63,191 bases of DNA from Candidatus Peribacteria bacterium (GCA_943357915.1 CALRGQ010000002.1:1-63191); one strand, 5' to 3'. Shown: positions 1-10,400, counted from the stretch's first letter. Notes: a model not told the origin generated them from the letters alone. Numbers and translations are program-made.

Positions 1-2
1 TA

Positions 3-113
3 CTTGGTGATCCACACGATGTGATATCGGCAGTCATATCTGCAATGCGAAGCGCTCCAATACATGGTGGGATAGATCGTATTGGCTTGCAGGCTGCTTT
101 ACAATCGGACTGA
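3..113 (+). CDS. C-terminal fragment of an unidentified protein, truncated by the window edge
   Basis: Frame 3 is open from the window edge to TGA at 111-113 (LGDPHDVISAV...LQSD). No recognisable motif. Confidence 0.2.
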   Translation, partial: LGDPHDVISAVISAMRSAPIHGGIDRIGLQAALQSD

Positions 114-147
114 AGTCACGGGGTTTAGAACCCAAGGCATGGAAATT

Positions 148-174
148 AAAAAACCACCCTCACCCTGAGAGTGG
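148..174 (-). terminator. Rho-independent terminator downstream of the anti-sigma-like gene
   Basis: On the minus strand, ccactctc/gagggtgg forms an 8-bp stem (one G-U) with a 5-nt loop, followed by T6 (plus-strand A6 at 148-153). It lies 39 nt after the stop at 213. Confidence 0.5.
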
Positions 175-212
175 CTTTTCGTCATACCTAATTCTTACAT
201 CGCCCCCAGACA

Positions 213-1700
213 CTAAACGGCAGGCGGAATCGGCATGCCGCCATTTTGCTGCTCTTTCAGCATGTCCGAAGCCAAAGGGACAACGATATACGATCGGTAG
301 AAGTATGGATCTCCGCCTTTCACCTCTTTTACCGGGAATGTCAGAGACGGGATCAGCATTTCCTGTCTGAAGACCCGATCATACTTATAGTAGACCGAGT
401 ATCCCATCATCGGTTCGCCCAGCGTCACGGTTGCAGTTTCCGCCGCAGCAAGGTCAGACTCGGGCATCCAGGCATAGTTATCCAATTTCGCGAGATAGTC
501 CTTAATATCTTTACTATCCGAGACGCCAGCGTAGTCTGACTTTGCGTAATTACGAGACATGATGCCATACACATGCATAACCTTGCGGGATTTGATGTGA
601 ACATCGATCGAGATGCCAGAGCTCATGCCGGACTGATCAGAAACTGAATGACCATCGATCACGAGCGGATACAAAACACGGAGCTGATCTGGGATCCACA
701 CATCGTTTTTGTTTGGCGCGCGGTCATAGTCACGCTTCCACGTCATGTCGACAGTCGGCGTACCGTAGTGCGAGATATCGATTGCGTGATCTTTGATGAA
801 CGCATTAGCTGCAGCGATGAGATCGTCCTCGGACGGAACGTCCGCAAGCTTCACACGTTCAGCCTGGTAGCACCCATCAGTCTGACACTTGGACATCGGC
901 CACTGATCCCACTGTGCATCAAGTGACACTGCTGTGTCTCGCAGGTTCACGGTCATTTGGTAACCGTATGGCTGATTTTGGCTGAAGCTCACGGAATCCA
1001 TCTTCATGCCGTTAAAAGACGTAAGATCGATATTCCCAAGATTCAGACTCGAACCGATGGCCGAGAACGGAATAGATTTGCTGGAAGGATTCCGTTTGTA
1101 GACGGCAACTGTAGACGAAAGTTCTGGAAATTCACCGGCATACACGTATGTGTATTTCGTCATCGGATACGGTGCGATCATCTTGGCATCGGAACCCATC
1201 GCCATATCTGGCGCAGGCATGGACTCAAGAACCATTTCCGGAGCGGCGACGTTTTCGCGGGTGCTGTCTCCCCCACCGCCAGTAGGAGGGGGTGAGGAAC
1301 CTTCCATAAGATCAGAAAGTGAACCGAAGGCGTCTTTGCCTTCCTCAGTCACGGTGTAACCGAAGAGCGCGGAACTATCGGACGGCGTAGCGGGTGGCAT
1401 GAGCGACGTGTCTGGCTTGTTCACGGTGATGAAGACAAGAGGAATAATGACAGCCGCCGTGACAGCGCCACCAAGTGCGTAGAACCAACGTGAAAATCCT
1501 GCCGTTGCCGGCGACTGCAATTCTGCCGCACGATCCTGAAGCTGCATCCGCAGTCGCTTCACAAATTCCGTATCAGGCTCCACTGCCGGATCGCTTGCGA
1601 GAAGCTTTTCAACGAGTGGAATGATCTCAGCTTCGTGAGCCTGGAGCGTAGGGTCGATCAGATAGAGATCATCGAGGAATGTCTTGAGTGATGTTTTCAT
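213..1700 (-). CDS. Anti-sigma-factor-like membrane protein (N-terminal cytoplasmic helix, one TM, large extracytoplasmic domain)
   Basis: 495-aa ORF. Its start overlaps the stop of the upstream ECF sigma gene by 4 nt (ATGA). A single TM (FYALGGAVTAAVIIPLVFITV) follows a ~70-aa N-terminal region. Confidence 0.6.
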   Translation of the reverse strand: MKTSLKTFLDDLYLIDPTLQAHEAEIIPLVEKLLASDPAVEPDTEFVKRLRMQLQDRAAELQSPATAGFSRWFYALGGAVTAAVIIPLVFITVNKPDTSLMPPATPSDSSALFGYTVTEEGKDAFGSLSDLMEGSSPPPTGGGGDSTRENVAAPEMVLESMPAPDMAMGSDAKMIAPYPMTKYTYVYAGEFPELSSTVAVYKRNPSSKSIPFSAIGSSLNLGNIDLTSFNGMKMDSVSFSQNQPYGYQMTVNLRDTAVSLDAQWDQWPMSKCQTDGCYQAERVKLADVPSEDDLIAAANAFIKDHAIDISHYGTPTVDMTWKRDYDRAPNKNDVWIPDQLRVLYPLVIDGHSVSDQSGMSSGISIDVHIKSRKVMHVYGIMSRNYAKSDYAGVSDSKDIKDYLAKLDNYAWMPESDLAAAETATVTLGEPMMGYSVYYKYDRVFRQEMLIPSLTFPVKEVKGGDPYFYRSYIVVPLASDMLKEQQNGGMPIPPAV

Positions 1701-2263
1701 AGAGAGTGCGGGAAAAGAAGAAGTAAAAGCAGTGATGGAAGCTTGGTCCGTAAGTCGCTGATCGCGCGGGAAAAAATAACTTTGGCGTTGCCTTCGGTCT
1801 TGCCGGTGATCTCCGCGATCTCGGCGTAGGAAAGCCCTTCCCAGACTCGGAGCATCATGATTTCACGTTGATCCGACGTCAGGATTTTCATGGCTTCATG
1901 AAGCTTCTCGGCATCAATCGAACGCTCTGCCACGAGTGACGTGACATCGTCCGATGCAAGATCCCAGATGTTCTCAATCGAAACTGTTTTCTGGGCGTGA
2001 GAACGATAGAAATCGATGAGGGAATTGCGGGCAATGCGATAGAGCCACGCCCGAAAAACGCCTTTCGTGGAATCAAAAGAACGAATAGATTCAAGCGCCT
2101 TCAGGAACACGGTGCTCGTGAGGTCTTCCGCCACTTCTTTCTGCAATGTTCGGCGATGCAAGTACCGGTAGACCGCATCAACATGTTGCAGATAGAGCGG
2201 ATCAAAATCCTCAAGATGCCCGCGTTGGCAGGAGGCGATGAAGCCACGTTCGGCAGAGTCCAT
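1697..2263 (-). CDS. ECF-type RNA polymerase sigma-70 family factor
   Basis: Region-2-like VYRYLHRR...AEDLTSTVFLKA and WLYRIARNSLIDFYR. Region 4 HTH REIMMLRVWEGLSYAEIAEITGKTEGNAKVIFSRAISDL. ATG at 2263 (MDSAERG) chosen over the longer ORF-track start. Confidence 0.85.
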   Translation of the reverse strand: MDSAERGFIASCQRGHLEDFDPLYLQHVDAVYRYLHRRTLQKEVAEDLTSTVFLKALESIRSFDSTKGVFRAWLYRIARNSLIDFYRSHAQKTVSIENIWDLASDDVTSLVAERSIDAEKLHEAMKILTSDQREIMMLRVWEGLSYAEIAEITGKTEGNAKVIFSRAISDLRTKLPSLLLLLLFPHSL

Positions 2264-2395
2264 GAATGGGGAAAAGTAGAGAAATAGGATTCGACCACAG
2301 GGTATAACGGATTGGGGATCGAAAGGTAACGAAAGCACTAAAAGATTTGAGTTTTTACATGTTGCCGCCCTCTACACCCTCAGCTTCGCTCACTG

Positions 2396-2528
2396 CAGCC
2401 CTCACTCTGTCCCGCACGCGCGGGACATCTCTCTCCATCGTTATGGAGAGAGAAATGTCCGTAATCAGAGAAAGCTTAGGCCCCCTCTTCTCCATAGCGA
2501 TGGAGAAGAGGCTGGGTGATGAGGGCTG
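2396..2528 (+). repeat. Multi-hairpin repeat element, copy 1 (closing stem plus three internal hairpins)
   Basis: Closing stem cagccctca/tgagggctg. Hairpins gtcccgc-acgc-gcgggac, tctctccat-cgtt-atggagaga and cctcttctccat-agcg-atggagaagagg. Homologous to 7225-7357. Confidence 0.7.
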
Positions 2529-2580
2529 TTTGCGGTAGTAACTGGTTACGATACCGATCATGGCAAAATTCGGTTTTTTG

Positions 2581-2589
2581 TGCTACAAT
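2581..2589 (+). promoter_or_regulatory. Extended -10 box (TGcTACAAT) upstream of the histidine kinase gene
   Basis: tgctacaat lies 11 nt upstream of the ATG at 2601. The -35 is weak (tggcaa at 2561-2566). Confidence 0.35.
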
Positions 2590-2600
2590 GTTGAGAAAAC

Positions 2601-4019
2601 ATGGAATCTATATCTCATAGTAGGGCGCGGCTAAAGATCCTCTTCCCGATCGCGATGATCGCAGGTGCCATCATATTGGTGGTGACCATAGCAGGCACCG
2701 TATTGTACGTTCACGGTCGAACGATTATGGAAGGTCAGCTGAAGGACAAGCTCCGCAGTACGGCAGCAGCTGCGGCGATGCAATTTGAAGGTGAGATACT
2801 TGATCAGATCCGTGAAGGCGATACGTTAGATTCTTCACCGGAACTGACGAAAACAGTGCAGCAATTGCAGCGGATGCGAGACAATATTACGCATCTCCAG
2901 TTTGCGTACATCATGCGAAAAACAGACGATCCAAATTTTCTCGAATTCGTTGCTGATGCTGATATGGGACTGACCGATGAACAACTGGATCGCAACAATA
3001 ACGGACGGGTCGATGATGATGAATCTACATCTGCCCCCGGTGAGAGGTACGACTGGCGAGAATTTCCAGCGCTCGGAACAGAGGCGTTCCTGCATGCTGC
3101 AGTGGATGACCACATCGGTGAGGATCAGTGGGGTGCCCTCATTTCAGGCTACGCACCTATCCGCAGTAGCAACGGCCAAGTGGCAGGCGTCCTGGGTATT
3201 GATATGAACGCGAATGAATTCGTCGACCTGAGTCATAGTATCTTCTCTCCGGTGGCGCTGCTTCTGGTGTTGCTTGCATCCACCTGTCTCGCAGCCGGAA
3301 TGTCACTCTTCGTGTGGCGACATCGTCTGGAGATGCTGCAAAAAATGGATATCGAACGCACGGGTTTGCTTCGTCTTGCATTTCATCAGCTTGGCGGCCC
3401 CCTCACTATTATCAGCTGGTCCTTAGAAGAGCTGGAATCGGAAGGTCCTGCGTCCATTCAGCACAGTATCGTGAATATTCAGGAAGGTGTAAAACGCCTG
3501 ACAGGGATCCTTAAAACACTAAAAAGCGCTGACCTTGTAAACTCAGGCAGGATTGAATATAAACCGGAATTCTCTTCTCTCAGTTCGGTACTGGAAGAGG
3601 TCGTCAAAGAAACCGGTCCAAAAATTGCTCTACGCGGACAGCGCGTCATTCTTGAGTTGGAACAAAACATCACGATGAAACTGGATCCACAACTCATCTC
3701 CGGAGTCGCGCTGGAACTTCTGACGAATGCCATGGATTTCTCCCCGGACGGCTCAACTATCACTGTCACATCACATCGTCATGGGACCTACGCCGAGTTT
3801 TCTGTCATCGATAACGGCTGCGGCATCCCAAAAAAGGACTTGAACCGGATGTTTGAAGAATTTGTCCGTGGCGGTAATGCCACGAAATTTAAAGCTGACG
3901 GGAACGGACTCGGGCTCTACATTGTGAAAGGCATCATCGAACAAGCGAACGGCCGCGTCTTCGTTGTCAGCGAAGAGGGCAAGGGAACAACCGTGACGGT
4001 GAGGCTGCCGATTGCATGA
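2601..4019 (+). CDS. Sensor histidine kinase (two TM segments, extracytoplasmic sensor domain, HisKA-like plus HATPase_c)
   Basis: H-box-like AFHQLGGPLT. N box LLTNAMDFS. G boxes DNGCGIP and GNGLGLYIVKG. TM segments near aa 15-37 and 215-238. Confidence 0.85.
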   Translation: MESISHSRARLKILFPIAMIAGAIILVVTIAGTVLYVHGRTIMEGQLKDKLRSTAAAAAMQFEGEILDQIREGDTLDSSPELTKTVQQLQRMRDNITHLQFAYIMRKTDDPNFLEFVADADMGLTDEQLDRNNNGRVDDDESTSAPGERYDWREFPALGTEAFLHAAVDDHIGEDQWGALISGYAPIRSSNGQVAGVLGIDMNANEFVDLSHSIFSPVALLLVLLASTCLAAGMSLFVWRHRLEMLQKMDIERTGLLRLAFHQLGGPLTIISWSLEELESEGPASIQHSIVNIQEGVKRLTGILKTLKSADLVNSGRIEYKPEFSSLSSVLEEVVKETGPKIALRGQRVILELEQNITMKLDPQLISGVALELLTNAMDFSPDGSTITVTSHRHGTYAEFSVIDNGCGIPKKDLNRMFEEFVRGGNATKFKADGNGLGLYIVKGIIEQANGRVFVVSEEGKGTTVTVRLPIA

Positions 4020-4026
4020 CAGTGAT

Positions 4027-4092
4027 AAGTCACAAGTCATAAGTATTCTTTTTTTACTTTTTGACTTACGACTTATGACTTGTGACTTTTTT
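4027..4092 (+). terminator. Long hairpin with T-run after the kinase gene; the arms are built from GACTTNN heptads
   Basis: Perfect 18-nt inverted repeat aagtcacaagtcataagt (4027-4044) / acttatgacttgtgactt (4071-4088), 26-nt loop, then T-run to 4092. Confidence 0.5.
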
Positions 4093-4176
4093 CCCTTTGT
4101 TCTTTATTGTGCGATCACATAAGATCCACATACTGGCGGCGGACAACTTCACGTTCCGCGCTTTCCCGTCTCTCGC

Positions 4177-4914
4177 ATGACCACTGCGGCGCTCATCTCC
4201 CTTCGTGAAACATTTGAAGCATCACTGATCGTCTGTGTGATGTTGGCATTTCTGGAGCGCTCGAAGCGACAGAACTTTGCGCCTGCGCTGTGGATGGGCG
4301 TCGGTACCGGCATTGTGTTCAGTATCCTGCTTGCATGGCTCATGCAGATGTACGCAACGACACTGGGAGCTGAAGTAAAAGAACTCTACGAAGGCATCAT
4401 GATGCTCATCGCAGCCGGACTCCTGCTGTGGATGATCGGATGGATGGCAATGTCCGGACGCAGTATGAAAATGCACATTGAAAAAAATATGGCAGCTCAT
4501 ATCGCCGGTGGTAGTGCACTCGGTATCTTTCTCCTCAGTTTTACGAGCACGGCACGGGAAGGAACCGAAATGGTACTTCTCATCAACGCTACACTCTTCA
4601 CCTCGACCAATATTCATACACTTGCCGGAGTGGGCATCGGTGTGACGGCTGCATTGGCTGTTGCAGCACTTCTATTCCGCGGCTCACGACGCATTCCGGT
4701 TCGTCTTTTCTTTGCAGTAACCGGCGTCGTACTTCTGGTGCTAGGAGTTTGGCTCACGATACAAGGAATAGGCGAGCTTCAGGAAGCAGGTGTTTTCACA
4801 GGTTACGAAGTGACGCCATCCGTGTTACAAGTTCTTGGAGGCACTGCCTATGCTAGTGTGGCAGCCTGTATTTGGCAGCTCACCCGTAGACCACGTACGT
4901 CCAGTGCAGCTTAA
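4177..4914 (+). CDS. FTR1/EfeU-family high-affinity iron permease
   Basis: Two REXXE motifs (RETFE near the N-terminus, REGTE mid-protein) in a 6-7 TM protein. Confidence 0.8.
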   Translation: MTTAALISLRETFEASLIVCVMLAFLERSKRQNFAPALWMGVGTGIVFSILLAWLMQMYATTLGAEVKELYEGIMMLIAAGLLLWMIGWMAMSGRSMKMHIEKNMAAHIAGGSALGIFLLSFTSTAREGTEMVLLINATLFTSTNIHTLAGVGIGVTAALAVAALLFRGSRRIPVRLFFAVTGVVLLVLGVWLTIQGIGELQEAGVFTGYEVTPSVLQVLGGTAYASVAACIWQLTRRPRTSSAA

Positions 4915-6251
4915 TGGTCTGCGGCTACGATCGTCGGAGTAACGGTTCCACGTGTCATCACCGTTGTTAATTCCCATCTGGATGAAAGTGATTTTGGAAT
5001 GGCCTTATACCGAGATACAAACACCTCACGTTTGGGTTCAGAGTTCTCAGCTGTGACCGTACGAACCCAGCCGATCTCATTGTTCTTCAGTATCTTGCCA
5101 TTCGTAAGCAGATCTTTTGGTGCGGTCTTACCAAAATATGGACCGCTCACCTGTACCGTACGATGATCATCTGCACCAAAGATCTGAACATACGCTTCGT
5201 CACCTTCGTTGTAGGCCTGAATCAGAAGCGGCGCGCCCGTATCGTTGAGAAATGTAAAATCCTGTTTGCCGGGGAAGATCGTCACATCCTGACCGACACC
5301 AAATTTTTCATAATACGTGACATACAGGCTGTGGTTCTTATACTTGATAATCGGTAATCCTGCTGCGAGTGCTGCACGATACGTCGTCGTTGATGCCTGA
5401 CAGATGCCACCACCAGGAGCCGGACGAAGATTGGCGCCTTCGAAAATCGTCAGTGCCATGTACCAGCCCTTCGAGACACTCACGGTACCGAGCGTGTCAT
5501 TGAAGGAAAAAATCTCTCCCGCAGGAACAAGGACGTTATTGACGTGTTCATTGAGCGCCTTTCTCACATTGGCTTTGCGGGACAACCCAGAACCTTCAAA
5601 AGCAGAATGACCGGTAGAGAGTAGTTTCATCGGCATATCGCTACCACTTGTCGGATCCGTCACAACGGCTGGAACAAACGAAAGCACATACTCCACTTTT
5701 TCCTCACCTTTTTCCAAAGCTTCTTTGATCAGCATCGTGAGGACATTCTGATCGTAGATGTAGCCGCTTTTTGCTATGCAGTCAGTCTGTGCACGAAGAA
5801 CACCTTCATCATCAGTCCACGATGAAAGAAGGATGCACGACTGCGGTGAAGGAATTCCCTGTGGGGGAAAACTGATGAGATGTTGTTTCACACGCTCAGC
5901 ACTGATGATGACTGCTCCTCTCTGGTCACGGACATCAAAGGTGATCCACAGGGGATGATCTTTCAGAGCGAGATCAAACATTGAAATCGGCATTCCGCCA
6001 GCCTCTGCAACAAAAGAAACATGTAATTTGCGCTCCAGCATTGCCTGACGCTTCTCGATGATGAGACCGATATCAACCGGTGGCATCACATCTACTTTTT
6101 TCGGAGACCTGGCCTCTGCGAAACCTCTTCCTGCTACATGCACTTGTGCCAGCATCACAATCGCGAGAGCGACGAGAGCAAGTGCAACGCCAAAAGATGT
6201 ATGCCGTACTATAATGTGTGTGTTGACGTTCATAGATGTTTTATCTGTCAA
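4911..6251 (-). CDS. VanW-domain protein (membrane-anchored)
   Basis: N-terminal TM segment. VanW-like core GEIFSFNDTLG...GGGICQASTTTYRAALAAGLPI...H. Confidence 0.8.
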   Translation of the reverse strand: MTDKTSMNVNTHIIVRHTSFGVALALVALAIVMLAQVHVAGRGFAEARSPKKVDVMPPVDIGLIIEKRQAMLERKLHVSFVAEAGGMPISMFDLALKDHPLWITFDVRDQRGAVIISAERVKQHLISFPPQGIPSPQSCILLSSWTDDEGVLRAQTDCIAKSGYIYDQNVLTMLIKEALEKGEEKVEYVLSFVPAVVTDPTSGSDMPMKLLSTGHSAFEGSGLSRKANVRKALNEHVNNVLVPAGEIFSFNDTLGTVSVSKGWYMALTIFEGANLRPAPGGGICQASTTTYRAALAAGLPIIKYKNHSLYVTYYEKFGVGQDVTIFPGKQDFTFLNDTGAPLLIQAYNEGDEAYVQIFGADDHRTVQVSGPYFGKTAPKDLLTNGKILKNNEIGWVRTVTAENSEPKREVFVSRYKAIPKSLSSRWELTTVMTRGTVTPTIVAADH

Positions 6252-6268
6252 AATTATTATACCATAGT

Positions 6269-7108
6269 TTAATGATTAGTCAAAGATGATGCATGACCTT
6301 TTGGAATTTTGATGGTGAAGTTGCTGCCTTGCCCCTTCACCGATGTGAATGAGATCGACCCTCTGATAGTTTTCAGAATATCGCGAACGAGAGTGAGCCC
6401 GAGGCCATTGCCGTTCGGTTCTATTTTTCGTGCCTCGGCCGTTCGGAAGAATCGCTCGAAGATGTGTGGTTGATCTTCCGGTGCGATACCGACACCACTG
6501 TCTGATACTTCGACAGTCATCATTCCTTTTTTTTCGCCGCCTGCCACCCAGATGTGACCTTTCCATGGAGTGTACTGAACGGCATTCGAGATAATGACAT
6601 CAAGGACTGTATGAACAAGAATTGGATCGCAATAAATGAGCGTATGTGCAAATGACTTCCGGACTTCAACAAGAATATCTTTCTTCTTAATTTGGCTCTG
6701 CATACTCTGCACAACGTTCATAACAACTTGCCACACATCTACTTTTTGAAACTTCGAAGAAAATTCACCTCGCTCAAAGCGTGATCCCTCAAGAAACGAA
6801 TCGAGCACACTGATAGCATCAACGATGCTGATGTGCATAGTGTCCACTATTTCTTTTTGCGGTGGAGCAAGTGGGCCAAAATCTTTATCCTGTAACATGC
6901 TGGCAGACCACCGAATGGCACCGAGTGGCGTGCGTAACCGATGCGACAGAAGGGCAACCATCGTACTGCGTTTCTCGATATTCTCTTTCAAGCGTTTGGC
7001 TATCCTATACTGAACCATCAGCAGGAGAGCCAAAAATATCAATATCAGTCCGAGTGCCTGCGTTTCACGCGGCAAGCTCATGAGCTTCAGAAAGAGTTCG
7101 TGCATCAT
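6269..7108 (-). CDS. Sensor histidine kinase (short, single N-terminal TM)
   Basis: H box LSHRLRTPLGAIRW. N box ISNAVQYT. G boxes DSGVGI and GNGLGLTLV. Confidence 0.85.
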   Translation of the reverse strand: MMHELFLKLMSLPRETQALGLILIFLALLLMVQYRIAKRLKENIEKRSTMVALLSHRLRTPLGAIRWSASMLQDKDFGPLAPPQKEIVDTMHISIVDAISVLDSFLEGSRFERGEFSSKFQKVDVWQVVMNVVQSMQSQIKKKDILVEVRKSFAHTLIYCDPILVHTVLDVIISNAVQYTPWKGHIWVAGGEKKGMMTVEVSDSGVGIAPEDQPHIFERFFRTAEARKIEPNGNGLGLTLVRDILKTIRGSISFTSVKGQGSNFTIKIPKGHASSLTNH

Positions 7109-7224
7109 TGATTGAATATGTATGTTGTAATGGCTATCATAACATAAAATATGATTTTATGCTAGTGCGTGAGCAAAACGAACTCCTACCACCCACCTCA
7201 TCCCCTAGCCCCTTCTTCGAAATA

Positions 7225-7357
7225 CAGCCCTCACTCTGTCCGCCCGAGGCGGACATCTCTCTCCATCGATATGGAGAGAGAAATGTCCGTAATCAAAGAA
7301 AAGCTCAGGCCCCCTCCTCTCCAGATCGCTGGAGAGGAGGACGGGTGGTGAGGGCTG
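7225..7357 (+). repeat. Multi-hairpin repeat element, copy 2
   Basis: Same architecture as 2396-2528. Closing stem cagccctcac/gtgagggctg. Hairpins gtccgcc-cga-ggcggac, tctctccat-cgat-atggagaga and cctcctctccag-atcg-ctggagaggagg. Confidence 0.7.
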
Positions 7358-7433
7358 TTTGCGGGAGTGAGCGGTTACCACACGCAAAACGCCTCCGGGA
7401 TGTCCGAAGGCGATTGCTCAGATGTAGGTGATG

Positions 7434-10400
7434 TTACAGACCGAAGCTGATGAATCTGGTAGCCGCTGCAGAACCGACTGCGACGAAGGCAAGAAGCGTT
7501 GCGTAGAAGACGGCAGTGTATCCGTTATCTTCCTGCGCGGCTTTCGGTGCTACCGGCGTGATGCTGGAGACATCGTTCTTGGCGTAGAAGCCAGCTACAC
7601 GGTCACCAGTCTGAGGATAGATCACTGGTGGTGGAGGGTTTGGAGGATAATAGGGCGGGTTTGGAGGATAGTATGGTGGAGGAGGATTGTAATATGGTGG
7701 TGGAGGATTGTAGTACGGTGGAGGTGGAGGATTGACGTACGTATCTCTGTAAATCGTCGTCTGATCCGTCGCAGTCTTACCGCTCACATCGACAGTGTTC
7801 GTGACAACCGTTCCGTTACTGACATCGTTTCTGACTTCGGTATCAATGTAGAGCGTGCGGCTGGAGTTGGCGGGAACACTGATATTCGTCCAACGGACTT
7901 GCTGCGCATTCACGCTACCTCCATCGGACACGGTGAGGATCGTGAGGCCGTACGGAACGTTATCCGTGACGAGCAGATTATTCGCAGCCGTGCTGTTGTT
8001 ATTGGTAATAATGATGCTGTAGCGCAGGCGCTCTAAGACATTCGCCGTCGTGCGGTTATCCGTCTTGTAGACCGAGATGTCGTTCGTCGTATTCGTACAC
8101 GTGAGCTGAGTAGAGACAGTACCGCTCGTGTTGTTACTGGTATTTGATTCAGTGGTACTTGATGCAATCGTCGCAATATTCGTCACAGTCATTGTGGAAC
8201 ACGTACCACTCACTGTTCTGACATTAAACGTAACAGTGATTGGCGTGCTCTGACCGGATGTCATCGTACCCAGATTGCAGGTAAGAACCGTACCATTCGT
8301 CGTACACGTAGCGCCGCTGGCCGTGGAATACGTAAACTCAGGCGAGAAATTATCCGTGATCACGACGTTGGTAGCAGTGGCCGGACCGTTATTCGTAGCG
8401 GTAATGACGTACGAGATCGTACTACCGCGTGCAACACTGGACGGACCGGTTTTGGTGATTGCAAGATCAGTCGTTGCGATGGGACACGTGAGCTGTGTGA
8501 CAGCCGAACTCGTATTGTTGGCTGTATTGGAATCGGTGCTCGTGGTTTGAACAACTGCTGTATTAGTTACAGATGATGCGGTGCATGTCGTCGGTGCGGC
8601 CGGTGCCGTCAGTGTCACGGTAATGATTGGCGTTGATTGATTCTTCAGGAGTGAACCAACCTGACACTGGATCTCACTCGTCGTATTCGTGCACACCACA
8701 CCCGAAGCCGAGACGAAGCTCATACCGGCTGGGATAGCGTCTTTGATGACAACGTTCTGAGCATCAGCAGGACCATCATTCGTTGCAACAATAGAGTACG
8801 TAATCTGACTGCCAAACGGCACAGTCGTAAGACCAGTCTTGGTGATACGAACATCCACACTGAGGTTACGCTTATTCGTGAATGTCACGGTGGCGCACTG
8901 ATTACCGGAAGCCACTGTGACGTTGCCGTTTGCTGGGACAACAGATGTCTGTGTCCAACCGGTTGGGAGATCTTCCGTGACGGTCTGAGTGCCAGTTGCA
9001 ACATTCGTAAACTTCGCTGTGCCAGATGCGTTACTTGTCACCTGCTGACCGCCAGCCAAACGGAAGGTGAACGTAGGTACCGGAGTGATCGGCTGGTTCT
9101 GTTCGTCATGCGCGATTTTGATAATATCGATACAACCCGTCATGACGGGGACGAAAACTGTCGTATCATCAAAGGCTTGGACAGTATCGTTCACCGTTGC
9201 AATGTTATGCAGCACCGTGTTATTTGGTGCGGATGCATTCACCGTCGCATTGACCGTAAATGACTTCTGCTCCAATGGGGAGAACGTCAAACCAGACCAC
9301 GTGACGACTTGTCCGGCATTCACGCCACCAGCGCTGCTGCTGACGTAGGTCAGGAAACTCGGCAGTGTGTCTCTTACAATCACATTCGTTGCCTGCACGC
9401 TGGATGTATTCGTGACTGTGACGATGTATGTGAGCTGCTCGCCAGGTTGTACCTGCGTGCGGTTATCGGTCTTCGTAATGGTGAATGATGGTGTGGGCGG
9501 ACAGATAAGACCGGTCTGCACCGAGCTCGTGTTGTTGGCGAGATTCGGATCCTGCACAGCATTCGTGACCGTTGCCGTATTCGTGACTGCATTGTTTTGG
9601 CACTGAGTAACAGGTGCATCAGGAGCCTTGAGCGTCAGCTGAATAGCGACTGTGTTCTGTGAAGCAATAGAAGGAATCGTACATGTCATGACTCCGTTCG
9701 TGGTGTTACACGTTGCTCCGCTCTGTGCGACGTACTTGAAACCGGAAGGGAATGTGTCAGTCACCACAACGTTCGTCGCCGTCGCTGGTCCATTATTGGT
9801 GACGGTCAAAACGTAATCAATGGTCGAACCATATGGAACTGTTGGGTACGCGGCTGTCTTGACGATCGCGACATCTGCAGTCGGCGTGGCGCAGGTAAAG
9901 CTCGTCGATGCATCATCACCGTTATTCGTCGTGGTCGTTTCTGGAGTCGTCGTCGTGGCGTACGCATTATTCGTCACCGAATTGTTACAGAGCGAGAGTG
10001 CCGGAGCAGAAACACCAATAAGATACGAATGGCTGACATTTGCAGCTAATGTCGGAAGCAAGCATGTGATCGTCTTGCCATTCGCAGAACAGCCCGTCGG
10101 TACAGACGTGATGGTGAGTGCTTGAGGAATAGTATCCGTGATGATGACGTTCTCTGCCGCTGTCGCACTGACGTTCGTGACTATCAACGTATAGCTAAAG
10201 GGAGAAACAGCGTCATTGGACAGAGTACCGATAGCCGACTTTTCGAGACGAATATCGGTTGGGAGAGGACAAGCGGCGATGGTCGTGCTGAACACGCTTT
10301 CATTGTTCGCTTGATTCGTATCCTGAGTTGACGTTTGTACCGTGGCGCGGTTCTGGATCGTCGTGCCACACGTGTTCTGTGCGACATCAAATCTGATCAA

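Noticed and set aside
2347-2561. Small ORFs of 60-68 aa on both strands inside the multi-hairpin element (also 7169-7387)
   Set aside because: Both strands are open only because of the palindromic structure. The differences between the copies are paired stem changes rather than synonymous changes, and there are no start-site signals.
7428-8036. 202-aa plus-strand ORF rich in W/R/I (WWRRIVIWWWRIV)
   Set aside because: It is the antisense reading of the Pro/Tyr-rich stalk and DUF11 repeats of the adhesin gene. Its low-complexity composition is an artefact of the sense-strand repeats. The many other plus-strand ORFs between 8.2 and 13.4 kb are rejected for the same reason.
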